Shown in pieces: positions 1-12,501 of a stretch of DNA of 64,000 bases. The stretch is from Malacoraja senta (taxonomy: Eukaryota). The DNA is taken from contig CM075979.1 of assembly GCA_038087875.1 (NCBI GenBank), forward strand, positions 67,890,001-67,954,000, given 5' to 3'. The number at the start of each line of letters is the position of its first letter. Positions within the stretch are counted from its first letter, which is position 1. The notes beneath the pieces were generated by a model. The model made no database searches. It was not told the origin of the DNA and saw only the letters and a program-made list of their open reading frames with translations. Made by a program: the position numbers and the translations under genes.

Positions 1-556
1 CTCAAAACTCATTGGCCAGCAGTTCATTCTACAGCAAGACAATGATCCCAAATATACTGCTAAAGCAACAAAGGAGTTTTTCAAAGCTAAAAATTGGTCA
101 GTTATTTAGTGGCTGTCAATCACCCGATCTGAACCCAATTGAGCATACATTTTATATGCTGAAGAAAAAAGTGAAGGGGTCTAGCCCCCAAAACAAGCAT
201 AAGCTAAAGATGGCTGCAATACAGGCCTGACAGAGCATCACCAGAGAAGACACCCAGCAACTGGTGAAGTCCATGAATCGCAGACTTCAAGCAGTCATTG
301 CATGCAAAGGATATGCAACAAAATACTAAACATGACTACTTTCATTTACATGACATTGCTGTGCCCTAAATATTATGGTGCCCTGAAATGGGGGGACTAT
401 GTATAAACACTGCTGTAATTTCTACATGGTGAAACCAAAATGTGTAAAAATGGCCTTTATTAAAATCTGACAATGTGCACTTTAACCACATGTGATTTTT
501 TCTATTACAAATTTCAAATTGTGGAGTACAGAGGCAAATAAATAAATGATGGGTCA
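1..556 (+). mobile_element. Tc1-family transposon remnant (degenerate transposase C-terminus plus truncated 3' end)
   Basis: Translation across frames gives LQQDNDPKYTAKATKEFFK...QSPDLNPIEH...SMNRRLQAVIACKGYATKY*, typical Tc1 transposase C-terminal motifs, with a frameshift and an in-frame stop. Confidence 0.9.
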
Positions 557-1883
557 TTCATAATGAAATACCACAGGATTTAAAATGGGCCTACCTATTG
601 TCCTTTTGAGCTAATTTGACCAAAATCGACCAATATTTGAAATTTGAGGAAAAAAATGTATTTTTTTAAATTTATCAGACATTTGCGACATTTACTGATT
701 TCGACACTCCCTCACAAAATGTCAGAACCTAACCCACCACGAGTAGTTCATGCCAGGGTCATTATGATCGCGTTGTTTGAATATTTTTTTATCGCGACGA
801 GTGCAAAAAAACCCAATATAAATAGGTTTAACAACAGGAGGGACTGCAGAATGAGACATCGTGAAAATAGGTGAGCAAACTAGAGTTTTATTTCATAATT
901 TTAAGTTCTATTCATTATTAAGTATTTCAATGGAAAGCTTAAACACAAAATATAAACAATAAATAAATAAATAAATATTAAAATGGTTTGTTGACACATT
1001 TCAAATGTGACCAAAGGGGCATCGCTACTCATGTTCTGCAGCAAAAACTTGGGACATGAGAAAACCATCTAATCGGGTGATAAATGATAAGAAAATCATA
1101 AGCATAATCAGAATTTGGCTTTTGTAGAATTATTTAATTGCAAAATTAATGTAATCTTTCTGGTATAAATTAGCCTCAGGATTTGATGAAATCCTGCTTG
1201 AAAAATGTCACAAAAAAAGGCAAGAAAATACAGGGACATTTCTGATATTTATCTTTGTAAAAACAGATTTATTTATTTTTGCTTCATCTCATTATTTTGG
1301 CTATACACCATGATCTATACTACTTAAAATACTGGATAGGAAACAATGGGAATATTACATAAAAAACAGGAAAATAACCTGGAAGTTTGGAGACCTTCAG
1401 TTTCACTACTGAGTGCTGTATTTACGGAAACACACATATATATACACACTGAAGATTTATTTTCTCATTTCTATTGTTTGCAGGGTACTATGTTTACAGA
1501 TTCTATTGTGCTGATACATGTAAGAATTTCATTGTTCTCTCTGGGACATATGACAATAAAATACTCTTGACTCTTGAAATAATAAAAAAAAAGTTCCTTG
1601 ATTAATTCTGGGAAATCCTTGATCCCAGTGCAATCCATCTAAACTTTCACAGATTATCGATTACCCTGAGGGTGACGCTTATTCACGTTCAGGGAATGGA
1701 TTGAAATGCTTTAGCCAAGGCTACTGCACAAGATGTAAAGCCCCCTCTAGGGTGCGATCCCCATCATTAGGGAAGGTGCGAGATGGACAATGGGGAGTAG
1801 GACCTTCTGGAAGTCCAGAGGTCCAAGGAATGTTGCCTCCCATCCCACACAAGGAGCTGGGCCCTCCATTGCCCGCGCACCAT

Positions 1884-2194
1884 TAGTTTAGTTTAGTTTA
1901 GAGATACAGCGCAGAAACAGGCCCTTCGGCCCACCGAGTCCATGCCGACGAGCAATCACCTGGTACACTAGCACTATCTATCCTACACACTGGGGACAAT
2001 TTACAACTTTTTACCGAAGCCAGTTAACTTCCAAACTTGTACGTCTTTGGTGTGTGGGGGGGGAACCGGAGCACCCAGAGAAAACCCAGGTGGTCACAGG
2101 GAGAACATGCAAACTCCGTACAGACAGCACCTGCAGTCAGGATCAAACCTGGGTCTCTGGCGCTGTAAGGCAGCAACTCTACTGCTGCGCTGAC
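1884..2194 (-). mobile_element. HE1-like V-SINE
   Basis: tRNA-like head, V-domain (GGAGTTTGCATGTTCTCCCTGTGACC...TGCTCCGGTT) and CR1/HER1-type tail GGGCCGAAGGGCCTGTTTC...TCTCT(AAACT)n. Confidence 0.9.
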
Positions 2195-2200
2195 CCCTAC

Positions 2201-2376
2201 CTTCTCCTTCATTTTCTCCATCTTCTTCACGAGCTCCTTCGCTGGTGCTTCTCCTCCAGACGCATACTGAAGACCGAGTCCCTGCCGATCTGCCGCTCTT
2301 CCTGCTTCTCTGCTTCCTTCAGCTTGCCCTCGGCACTGATGCTCTCCGTGTGGTACATGTGGTAGGTCTTCATCAC
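2201..2376 (-). CDS. srgap1: SRGAP1-like F-BAR exon (equivalent to human exon 5) with a 1-nt frameshift
   Basis: Translates VMKTYHMYHTESISAEGKLKEAEKQEERQIGRDSVFSMRLEEKHQRRSS/VKKMEKMKEK. Acceptor AG at 2378-2377 after a poly-C tract and donor GT at 2200-2199. Length 176 nt instead of 177. Confidence 0.88.
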
Positions 2377-2964
2377 CTGGGGGGGGGGGTAGAGTGGGGA
2401 GCAGGAAGGAAACCAACATGAAGCATCATTTCGTACGGAAGTACCAAAGGTGGTGACTCCAGGGAAATACAGTAAACCCCTGTTATTACAGACTTCTTTG
2501 TAATGGATTTCAGATATGCACAGGCTGCCAGTAACACAGCGGAGGATATGAAACTGACGCGGTGTTGACATTGACAAGGCATTGAAATTGACCAGCAATC
2601 ACCCTAATCTATACTTAACTCTATAAAACAATGTAACAAATAGCCTTTGGTATTTTTAGCTTGCAGCAACAAAATTTATTATTATCTGTTAAAAAGAACT
2701 TTGTATTTGACAACAACTCGTTGTTGACCTCTAGGTGGTTGGAGCATATCTCTTACTCGATTATAGAGACAATCGCCAATAACGGACACCATTCTCCCTC
2801 CATAATTCGTTATAACTAGGGTTCACTGCAGTGAAGTTGAGGGAACTACACTCCTCCAGTGTGTTGGTTTGCAAGAGGAGATTTGGTGGTCTAGACCTGG
2901 AGGAGGAGAGTTCTTGTTGAGCCCACAAGCAGGTTGCATGCAGGAAGGTTGTATCTCCGGTTGA

Positions 2965-3820
2965 AGGGGGAGGGAAGGAGAGAGAGGGAATAAAGAGAGA
3001 GGGGAAGAGAGAAGAAGGGGGGGGAGAGAGAGAAAGGGGAGGGAAGAAGGGGGAGGGAATGTGGAGGGAGAGGAGGGGGGAGAGGGAGAGGAGGGGGAGG
3101 GGGGAGAGAGGAGGGGGAGAGAGGATGGGGAGAGGGGGGAGAGGNNNNNNNNNNNNNNNNNNNNNNNNNNNNNNNNNNNNNNNNNNNNNNNNNNNNNNNN
3201 NNNNNNNNNNNNNNNNNNNNNNNNNNNNNNNNNNNNNNNNNNNNNNNNNNNNNNNNNNNNNNNNNNNNNNNNNNNNNNNNNNNNNNNNNNNNNNNNNNNN
3301 NNNNGGGAGAGAGTNNNNNNNNNNNNNNNNNNNNNNNNNNNNNNNNNNNNNNNNNNNNNNNNNNNNNNNNNNNNNNNNNNNNNNNNNNNNNNNNNNNNNN
3401 NNNNNNNNNNNNNNNNNNNNNNNNNNNNNNNNNNNNNNNNNNNNNNNNNNNNNNNNNNNNNNNNNNNNNNNNNNNNNNNNNNNNNNNNNNNNNNNNNNNN
3501 NNNNNNNNNNNNNNNNNNNNNNNNNNNNNNNNNNNNNNNNNNNNNNNNNNNNNNNNNNNNNNNNNNNNNNNNNNNNNNNNNNNNNNNNNNNNNNNNNNNN
3601 NNNNNNNNNNNNNNNNNNNGGGCTGGGAAAGAAGGGGAGGGAGAAGGGGGATGGAGTGAGAGGGAAAGGAGGAATGGGGAGGGAGGATGAGAATGGGAAG
3701 AGGGAGGGAGGGTGGGAGAGAAGAGGGAGGGGAGAGAGGGGAGGAGAGAGCAGGGAGGAAAAGGTGGACAGAGCGTGAGGGAGAGAGAAAGGGTTAGGTA
3801 GGGGGAGGGGGGGGGATTCT
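2965..3820. repeat. GA-rich low-complexity tract containing N runs 3145-3304 and 3315-3619
   Basis: Polypurine G/A runs flank the N blocks. Confidence 0.95.
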
Positions 3821-4675
3821 GATGAACAGAGTGAAGCACTGTAGCAGAGGAGGGGGGGGGGGGGGTGAGAAGCAGTGCATGATGTCCAGGGTCAGACATA
3901 CCCCTGGGGATCAGCTTATGAATCAGCCCATTAACTCCCATTCGGGTTACAAACAATTCTCTCAGTTACCCAGTCGATTGGAGGAGCCAATAGTTCATGC
4001 CACAAGGCATTATCCTTTTGTGTCTGATTCTGTCATGGAACACAGCAACATGTTGCCATCACTCACACACACACACACACAACAATCTCCGACGCTTTCT
4101 CCCACAGCCTGAGCCTCACCCTGTGACACTGCCTTCATTAGTCTCACAGGAATGCCATTGAATCATCATCTTGTCGAGCGTCCCGTTATAACGAAACCTC
4201 TCGCACCGAGGTCAACTTTGTGAGCATCATCAGTGAGTCAGGGATAACTCTCTCACACAAATCAGGGGTCGCGGGTTCAATGTCACTGGAACCCCCGGCA
4301 TGCAAATCCCAGTTACTACACCCAGCGTAGTGGTGTCGTTTAGTTTAACTGAGTTTAGTTGAGTTGAGTTTAGTTGAGTTTAGTTTAGAGATAGTGTGGA
4401 AACAGCCCACCAATACATTATATACCCCCATACATTAGTTCACATATCCCTTTCTCTCCCTCTGTCCACTGTTTTCTCCCTGCTCTCTCCTCCCCCTCGT
4501 TCCCCTCCCTCCCTCCCCATTTCTCCCTCTCTCCCCCTCACTCTCCATCCCCCTTCCACCCCCCCCTCCCCTTCTCTCTACACAAAGTGTTGAAGTAGCA
4601 AGTCGGACAACGTCCCCGGTGAACATGGATCGGTGACATTTCAGGTCGGGACCATTCTTCAGCTACAATAGGAAT

Positions 4676-4962
4676 TAGTTTAGTTTAGTTTAGAGATATA
4701 GCGTGGAAACAAGCCCTTCGGCCTAACGAGTCCATGCTGACCAACGATTACCCATCAGTAGATCTATCCTACACGCTAGGGACAATTTACAGAAGCCAAT
4801 TAACCTGCAAAGTGTGGGAGGAAACCGGAACACCCGGAGAAAACCCACGTGGTCTCATGAAGAACGTACAAACTCCGTACAGACAGCACCCTTAGTGAGG
4901 ATCGAACCCGGGTCTCTGGTGCTGTAAGGCAGCAACTCTACCGCTGCGCCACCGTGCCGCCC
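4676..4962 (-). mobile_element. HE1-like V-SINE
   Basis: Head, V-domain and (AAACT)n tail on the minus strand. Confidence 0.9.
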
Positions 4963-5419
4963 AATGCTACACGTATGACACTAAACCCTCTGAACACGTT
5001 AGCTCAGCCGAGATGAATTATTCTTAGGGTTAAAGCAACGCAGATGGAAAATCAGTACGATTACATTTTCACACATTAATTTTTAATATCCATTCATAAC
5101 TCAAACTGCTGTAAGCAATGGAACATTTTTTACAGTTGAAAGAATAATAGGGCTTTACTGAAAACTAATTATTGTATACATGGAACAGTTTAAGGAAATG
5201 TATCTGTCGGAATGATTTTGAGCAACCATGCTGCAGTATTGCTCACAGTTCTGATCTCTCAGGCTTTTATTGATTGAAGGATATAACACGGAAACAGGCC
5301 TTTGGCCCACGGTGACCAGCGCTCATCTGTTCACACTAGTTCTATGTTATCCCACTGTCTCATCCACTCCCCACACTAGAGGTAATTTACTGAGGCCAAT
5401 TAAACTGTAAGACTATGTC

Positions 5420-5850
5420 ATGGAGTCATAGTGTGGAAACAGGCCCTTTGGCCCAACTTGCCCACGCCGACCAACATTTCCCATCTATACTAGTCCCACC
5501 TGCTTGTGTTTGGCTCATATCCCTCTAAACCTGTCCAATCCATGTACGTCCAAATGTTTCGATACTACCTGCCTCAACTATCTCCTCCAGCAGCTTGTTC
5601 TATGCACCCACACGTTTTCCCACAGGTTCCTATTAAATCTTTCCCCCTTCACCTTAAACCTACATCTGGTTCTTGATTCCCTTACTCTGGGCAAGAGACT
5701 CTGTGCGTCTACCCAATCTATTCCTCTCATGAATTTGTACGCCCCTCATCCTCCTGCACTCCAAGGAGTAGAGTCCTAGCCTGCTCAACCTCTCCCCATA
5801 GCTCAGGCCCTCGAGTCCTGGTAACATCCTCGTAAATTTTCTCTGCACCC
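5420..5850 (-). mobile_element. CR1/HER1 LINE 3' fragment
   Basis: VQRKFTRMLPGLEGLSYGERLSRLGLYSLECRRMRG, a CR1 ORF2 C-terminal motif. Confidence 0.85.
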
Positions 5851-6219
5851 TTTGGAATGTGGAGGAAACGAGAGCATCAGGCTCAAAGGGCCAAATGGCC
5901 TTCTCCTCACAGTAATGAGTCTAGGGACGTTTGAGGTTCAGCAACAACCGCGTGCACAGAAAAAGTGCAAAAAGAGCAGTGTGATCTGTCCTTAGTGATG
6001 CCCATTGTGGGAACAGCAGAGAAACAGGCCCTTTGGCTCACCGCGTCCACACCGACCAGCAACAAAACAAACTTTCCACTGTGCACGTGACAATAATTAA
6101 CTTAACAATAATAAAAACTAAGACTAGCTGTCTTAACCTGAAAGAGTCGGCACGACCCTCTGATACAGCCAAGTGCTAGGAATTATTACGCTGCATTAAA
6201 TAGGCCAAATAAATATCAT

Positions 6220-6480
6220 ATGGTGAGCGTTTGACGGCACTGGGGCTCTACTCACTGGAGTTTAGAAGGATGAATCTGTGGAATTCTTTGCCACAGAAAG
6301 CTGTGGAGGTCAAGTCAATGGATATTTTTAAGGCAGAGATAGATAGATTCTTGATTAGTACAGGTGTCAGGGGTTATGGAGAGAAGGCAGGAGAATGGGG
6401 TTAGGAGGGAGAGAGAGATCAGCCATGTTTGAATGGCGGCGTAGACCTGATGGGCCGAATGGCCTCATTCTGCTCCGATC
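6220..6480 (+). mobile_element. CR1 LINE 3' fragment
   Basis: ...CTGTGGAATTCTTTGCCACAG...GATCAGCCATG...GGGCCGAATGGCCT, the CR1 3' end. Confidence 0.8.
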
Positions 6481-6822
6481 GCATGAAATGAAAATTGTTG
6501 CACGCTAGAACAACGAATGAAACTGGGTGAATTCTCAAGGCTAACAATGACCGGGCAGGCAGCTCTGCAATTCCTAATAAATGGCGAGGAAGAAGCAATG
6601 ATACAGCAATAATTACATAACATAAAAATGAAAGTGTGTGTGACAAATACACTATACTTTGAGAGTAGATCATAACAGAATCTGTTACAGTAATTTGAAG
6701 TCCATAATATCAGTAGATTATTGGATACGTTCATCAAACATTGAACAGAAGGGATGAAAATGCTGTACTAATCACATCCTTGGGAAGTCCCCAATTGTTT
6801 TAAGCAATAGATTATTTCTGAA

Positions 6823-6960
6823 GGTAGACAAAAATGCTGGAGAAACTCAGCGGGTGAGGCAGCATCTATGGAGTGAAGGAAATAGGCAAGTTTTCGGGTC
6901 GAGACCCTTCTTCAGATAGATATGAGGGTGGGGGGGGGGGGGGGGGGGCGGGAAGAAGAA
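6823..6960 (-). mobile_element. Penelope-like pLTR fragment with degenerate hammerhead
   Basis: Flanked by the direct repeat AGATTATTTCTGAA (6809-6822 and 6961-6974). Confidence 0.8.
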
Positions 6961-7146
6961 AGATTATTTCTGAAAGTCAGTTACTGGTGTTTTGACTACT
7001 TTTCTTCCACCAGCATCACTTAACAATGTAAAGGGCAGCACGGTGACACAGCTTGTAGACCTGCTGCCTCACAGCGTTCAATCCTGACCTCGGGTGCTGT
7101 CTGTGTGGAGTTTGCACGCTCACCTGCTGCCTCACAGCGTTCAATC

Positions 7147-7346
7147 NNNNNNNNNNNNNNNNNNNNNNNNNNNNNNNNNNNNNNNNNNNNNNNNNNNNNN
7201 NNNNNNNNNNNNNNNNNNNNNNNNNNNNNNNNNNNNNNNNNNNNNNNNNNNNNNNNNNNNNNNNNNNNNNNNNNNNNNNNNNNNNNNNNNNNNNNNNNNN
7301 NNNNNNNNNNNNNNNNNNNNNNNNNNNNNNNNNNNNNNNNNNNNNN
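7147..7346. other. 200-N assembly gap (probable scaffold join)
   Basis: Exactly 200 N, with repeats on both sides. Confidence 0.95.
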
Positions 7347-9219
7347 GCGGGTCAGGCAGCATCTCTGGAGAAAAGGAACAGGTGACATTTCAGGTCGGAA
7401 CCCTTCAGTCTGAAGAAGGATTCTGACAAAGATGGCAGAGTTTAATGCAGATTAATAATGTTACTACAATCTGTGTTTAATAATATGTTTTATCCCATTC
7501 CTTGGAGAGACAATTGTAGCTGAGCGTGGAGAAATTGCGCTCATTCTATTTTTGTAACTGGTCAAATTTTAGCAGTAGTTTACTGTAGAACATTCTGCTG
7601 CTTTGAAGAGCAGTCTGGTTTGATAATAGCGCCATTTCAAGTCATTGCAGACCTCGGAATTAAATCACATGGGGTCAAATTAGATTAAAGCAGGTCAGCA
7701 AATTGTTAATTTGTGTAAGTGTAACAGATCCTGCTAGGCTTCAGTGCATTAGTTACCGCCTGCCATAATTGCATTCCTGCATTCAATATTAATCTCATCA
7801 TCAATGAGGCAAATTCATAAAATGGCTCAAAACTATCCTAGTAAGTTATACACAAAGTGCAAACACAGCGGGTCAGGCAGCTTCTCAGGAAGAAATGGAT
7901 GGGGGACGATTTGGGCCAGGACCCTTCTTCAGACCTGATGCGTCGCCTGTCCTGTCCCTCCACCGATGCTGCCAGACCTGTTGTGTTCCTCCAGCACTTT
8001 GTGCTTTGCTCCAGCATCTGCAGTTTCTTGTGTCCCCCATCTTTAATAAGTTACATGTTACTGTTCTTTGAAATAATACAAAGAACAAACTAAAAATGAA
8101 AAGCCATTTTTGAACAGAAAGAAAGCCATAATTCCCCCTCCCGAAGCCCTTCTAACACTTCAAACTAGATTATGACGGATGGGTATCATATTTTGGGCTT
8201 TTTATCCCTCAATATCGTCGGCAGATATCCAGAAATCTCAGCTTTAAAATTATTCAGAGATGACGTACATTGCTTTTGACATGAAATCCCATGCTTCTAC
8301 CAGCGTTTTCCTGTGCACATATTTTTGTTATTAACCTTTATTAATTATCATCTGCCAACATAATTGCTTATTGTTTAATCTTTGGAGTTTTTGTGCCTCA
8401 TTAGACTTTTTTATGCGTTAATTTTCATTCATTCTTTCTACTTAAAGCAGCATAAAATGCCATCGTTATTTACCTTGTGTTTCTTTTACAAGAAAAATAT
8501 CAAGAAGAGGTCACCTGCCTCTCCATTCAATAAGATCATCGCTGATGAATCTTATGAATGTTGGAATAGATTGTGTAGATGCACAGAGCCTTTTGCCCAG
8601 AGTAGAATCAAGAACCAGACGATATAGGCTTAAGGTGAGGAGGGGGGGGGGGGGGGGGTGCTGGACTTATTTATTAGGAGCCTGAGGGGTAACGTTTATC
8701 ACACAAAGATTGGTGGGTGTATGGAACAAGCTGCTGGAGGAGGTAGTTGAGGCAGGGACTAATGCAATGTTTAAGCAACATTTAGACAGGTGCATACGTA
8801 GGACAGGTTTGGAGGGGTATGAGCCAAACGCAGGCAGGAGGGACTAGTGTGCATGGGACATGTTGATTGATGTGGGAAAGTTGGGCCGATGGGCCTGTTT
8901 CCACGCTCCATGACTGATCTGCACCAGGCCTCTATTCGGCCCGAAACATTGCCTATGTCCTTCGCTCCATAGATGCTGCTGCACCCGCTGAGTTTCTCCA
9001 GCACTTTTGTCTACCTTCGATTTTCCAGCATCTGCAGTTCCTTCTTAAACTCTATTTGTGACAGTTTATTATGGTTCTCAAATCTGTGATCATTCAAAAA
9101 TGTATCTACCTCATTTTAAAATCCCTCTAGTGATCTAACCTCTGCATCTCTACAAGGTAGAAAATTCCAGAGACTAACCAACCTCTGCTCCTCAGTGTTA
9201 ACTGATTACCCCTTTGTAA

Positions 9220-9494
9220 AGTTTAGTTCAGAGATTCAGCGTGGAAACAGGCCCTGTGCCGACCAACGATCACCCATACACTAGTTCTATCCCACACACT
9301 GGGGACAATTTACAGAAGCCAATTAATCTACAAACCTGCACGTCTTTGAAGTGTGGGAGGAAAACGGAGCACCCAGAGGAAATCCATGTGATCACGGGGA
9401 GAACATACAGACTCCGTACAGACAGCACCAGTAGTCAGGATCGAACCCGGGTCGCTGGCGCTGTAATCATCAACTTTGCTGCCGCGCCACTGTG
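9220..9494 (-). mobile_element. HE1-like V-SINE
   Basis: V-domain and tail motifs. Confidence 0.85.
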
Positions 9495-10316
9495 ATGCGG
9501 TTTTATGTTCTTGGTCTGAAGTACGGTCCCGACCCCAGGGATGCTGCCTGACCCGCTGAGTTACTCCAGCACTTTTATGTCCTGTTCTTGTCACCATTCA
9601 ACATCAATCATTTTGTCTTTTCAAATATTGAATTCACTCTTATTGAACCTTGCAGGAGGGAATTGCTTCTGAAAGTTATTCAAGATTACCACTCTCAACC
9701 ACTTTGATCGATATGTTAGCTTCAGTTTAATCAACATTTCCTTTTGTTTAAAGAACTCCCCACTGTATGCATTAACAAAGGCCACAGAGGGGGAAGTAAG
9801 TGATGGGATGAGGACAGAGCATCTGTGGTCTGGTAAATCATTCATTTCTTCTAATGAGAAGAATAGTCGGAAATGGTCTATAATTTGCCAATTGCAATAA
9901 TGCAGAATTTCTGCTGGAAATGATTCATCGAGCACGTTTAAGTCTTTGAGGCCAAATTTCTATTCTCTCTGGTTATTGTGAGAATAATCTGAATTTTCCA
10001 AACAACAATTAACTCTTCCCAGAGGATGAAATGCATTTTGTGTACTCGTATTTCTGCATTGTTCTGATGGCTATGCTTTCATCAAGGTGATGGCAATTAT
10101 TGAATCAAGAATATTTAATTGTCATATGTACTGGCAATGGAACAATGAGATTTGTGCTTGCTGCAGCTTAGCAGGCTTGTTAATGCAGTACCACACACAT
10201 AAATATATAATAATCAATAATATAAATTAATAACTAATTCAGGTATGGTAACCATAATAATGCAAGACCAAAGTCGTGGGTGCAACCAAAGGCACAGTCC
10301 ATAGAAGATCATAGTT

Positions 10317-10841
10317 GGCCTGTCCCACTGCGGGGACCTAATTTGCGAGTGTAGAAGAGTTTAGGAGAGTTTGAAAAAGTGTCATGTTGAAGACCTCCTT
10401 TGACTATGTAGAAGACCTCCTTCGAGCTCCTTCGACTATGTTGAAGACTAGCTTCGACCAGCTTTGGGAAAATTGGACCGAATAGTGGAGAGTGAAGACG
10501 GCCTCCTTCGATCTCCTTCGAGTATGTTGAAGACTATGACTAACTTCGACTACCCTCGATTACGTTCGATTACCTACGAATAACATGCCGACCTACTTCG
10601 ACTAAACCTAAGAGTAAAAAAGATATTGATCTTTCCCATGGCGATCTTTTTTTACTCGCAGGCGTTTTTCAGCATGCTAAAAAAAAAGCTGCGACCTAAC
10701 TGAGGCCTTGAGTACGCGGGGACTACTCTCGAACATGAAGGAGAGTTACAAAGATCTCCTAGGACCTCGTGTCGACCATGCTGCGAGTATGTCGAGGGCA
10801 AACTCTTCTAAACTCGCCAATTAGGTTCCGCAGTGGGACAG
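10317..10841. mobile_element. Non-autonomous DNA transposon (PIF/Harbinger-like MITE)
   Basis: About 42-bp TIRs: CTGTCCCACTGCGGGGACCTAATTTGCGAGTGTAGAAGAGTTT versus AAACTCTTCTAAACTCGCCAATTAGGTTCCGCAGTGGGACAG. TSD unclear. Confidence 0.7.
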
Positions 10842-11070
10842 TGTTGTGCAGTATTCAAGAGCCTGATGGTTGCGGTGAAGTTGTACTTGAATGTGGTGGT
10901 CACAGTTTTCAGGCTTCTGTACCTTCTTCCCAGTGGTGTGAGCATGGCCAGGCTGGTGTAGGTCTTTGATGATGTTGCCTGCCTTTTTGAGGCAATGTCT
11001 CCTATAGCTCCCATCCGTGGTGCGGAGGTCAGTACCTGTGGTGGACCGGGCAGTGTCCACCCTTCTCTGT
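10842..11070 (-). mobile_element. Rex1/Babar-like LINE 3' fragment
   Basis: YRRHCLKKAGNIIKDLHQPGH / GRRYRSLKTVTTTFKYNF motifs. Confidence 0.75.
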
Positions 11071-12277
11071 CGCCTCCATTCCACACCGTGATGTCTGATT
11101 CCATCACCAAGAGAGATAAAACAGACATTTATATTGCCAAGCAACAAGCAGACTATTGAAATAATATCAGCTAATAAATTTGATCAAGAAATCCATTTCA
11201 GGCTCACAACACCTCAAGTTGGACACAAAAAGCTCGAGAATCTCAGCAGGTCAGGCAGCATCTCATGAGAATAGGAATAAGTGATGTTTCCTGCACCAAA
11301 TCCTTCAGAATCAGTTCAGAATCCTTCTTCAGACTGACAGATAGAGAAGGCCAGAACAAAACAGGGCTAGCAATGGATGACCTCAGGAAGGGTGGAGTCC
11401 ATAATGGACCATCGCTTCAGCAGAGGAACAACATCTCATATTTCACTTGGACAGCTTACAACCTAGTCGTATGAATGATGATTTCTGTAAATTCCTTTCC
11501 CTCCCCCCTAGGGTCCGACTAGTTCCTTGTATCCCTGTCATTTGCACATCTTCCCCAACCAACTATGGTTAGTCCCATCTGCCTGCATTTGGCCCACATC
11601 CCTCCAACCCTAGCCTATCCATGTACCTGTCAAAATGTTTCTTAAACGTTCTAATAGATTTTGTTTAATCTAACTAGTTTTCTGCCTGTCAATCAGTCTA
11701 TCTGAAGAATGGGCCCAACCCAAAACATCACTTATCCATGTTCTCCAGGGATGCTACCTGGCAAGCTGAGTTACTTCAGCACTTTGTGTCTTTTTTGTTT
11801 GTAAACCAGCATTTGCAGTTCCTTGTGTCCGCATTCTGAATTTTCTCTAGGTTTGGGCACAGCTGTTACTGATCTGTAGGTGGCGCTGTTGACTGACGCC
11901 TGAAGCCTCAGAGGTCTGCTCTAAATGGTTGATGTATGCACAGTACATGAGGAATGGTGCAGGGTGCTTGAAAACATTTAAACACAAATATTTGGAATAA
12001 GAGCAAGCCATTTATCTCCTGCCAACTTACGAGAGTCGATTTCCTGCATCTTACTCCTAATTTGCTACAAAAATAAATCAAGGCAGCCACTAGATTAATG
12101 ATTTGTAAAAAAAAAACTTAAGAATAATAGCCTGGTCTGAAAACGAACTCGTCTCTTTTTGTTTCTGACCGAGAGTGAACGACTTCCTAATATTTAAACT
12201 GGCTCCATTCATGCAATGTGATTCTGTTTAAGAATGTGCATTAAATTTGCTGCCATTTTGAATTAGTACAAATGTCT

Positions 12278-12501
12278 AAGTAGGAACTGCAGGTGCTGGT
12301 TTACACCAAAGATACTGTAGACATAAAATTCTAGAGTAACTCAGCGGGTCAGGCAGCCTCCCTGGAGAAAAACAATAGGGGATGTTTCAGGTCGGAACCA
12401 ATTCAGTCTGAAGAAGGGTTCAGACCCAAAACATCACCTATTCTTTTTCTCCAGCGATGCTGCCTGACTCGCTGAATGACTCCAGTATTTTGTGTCTGTC
12501 T
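12278..12501. mobile_element. Fold-back pair of Penelope-like pLTR ends
   Basis: Inverted arms of about 90 bp, with a 15-bp TSD TTAGTACAAATGTCT (12263-12277 and 12502-12516). Confidence 0.85.

Noticed and set aside
2823-3956. Long ORFs (377, 239 and 209 aa)
   Set aside because: Artefacts of GA/CT low complexity and N runs.
9621-9935. 104-aa ORF in unique sequence (possible neighbour gene such as rxylt1)
   Set aside because: No similarity to any protein I recognise and no convincing exon boundaries.
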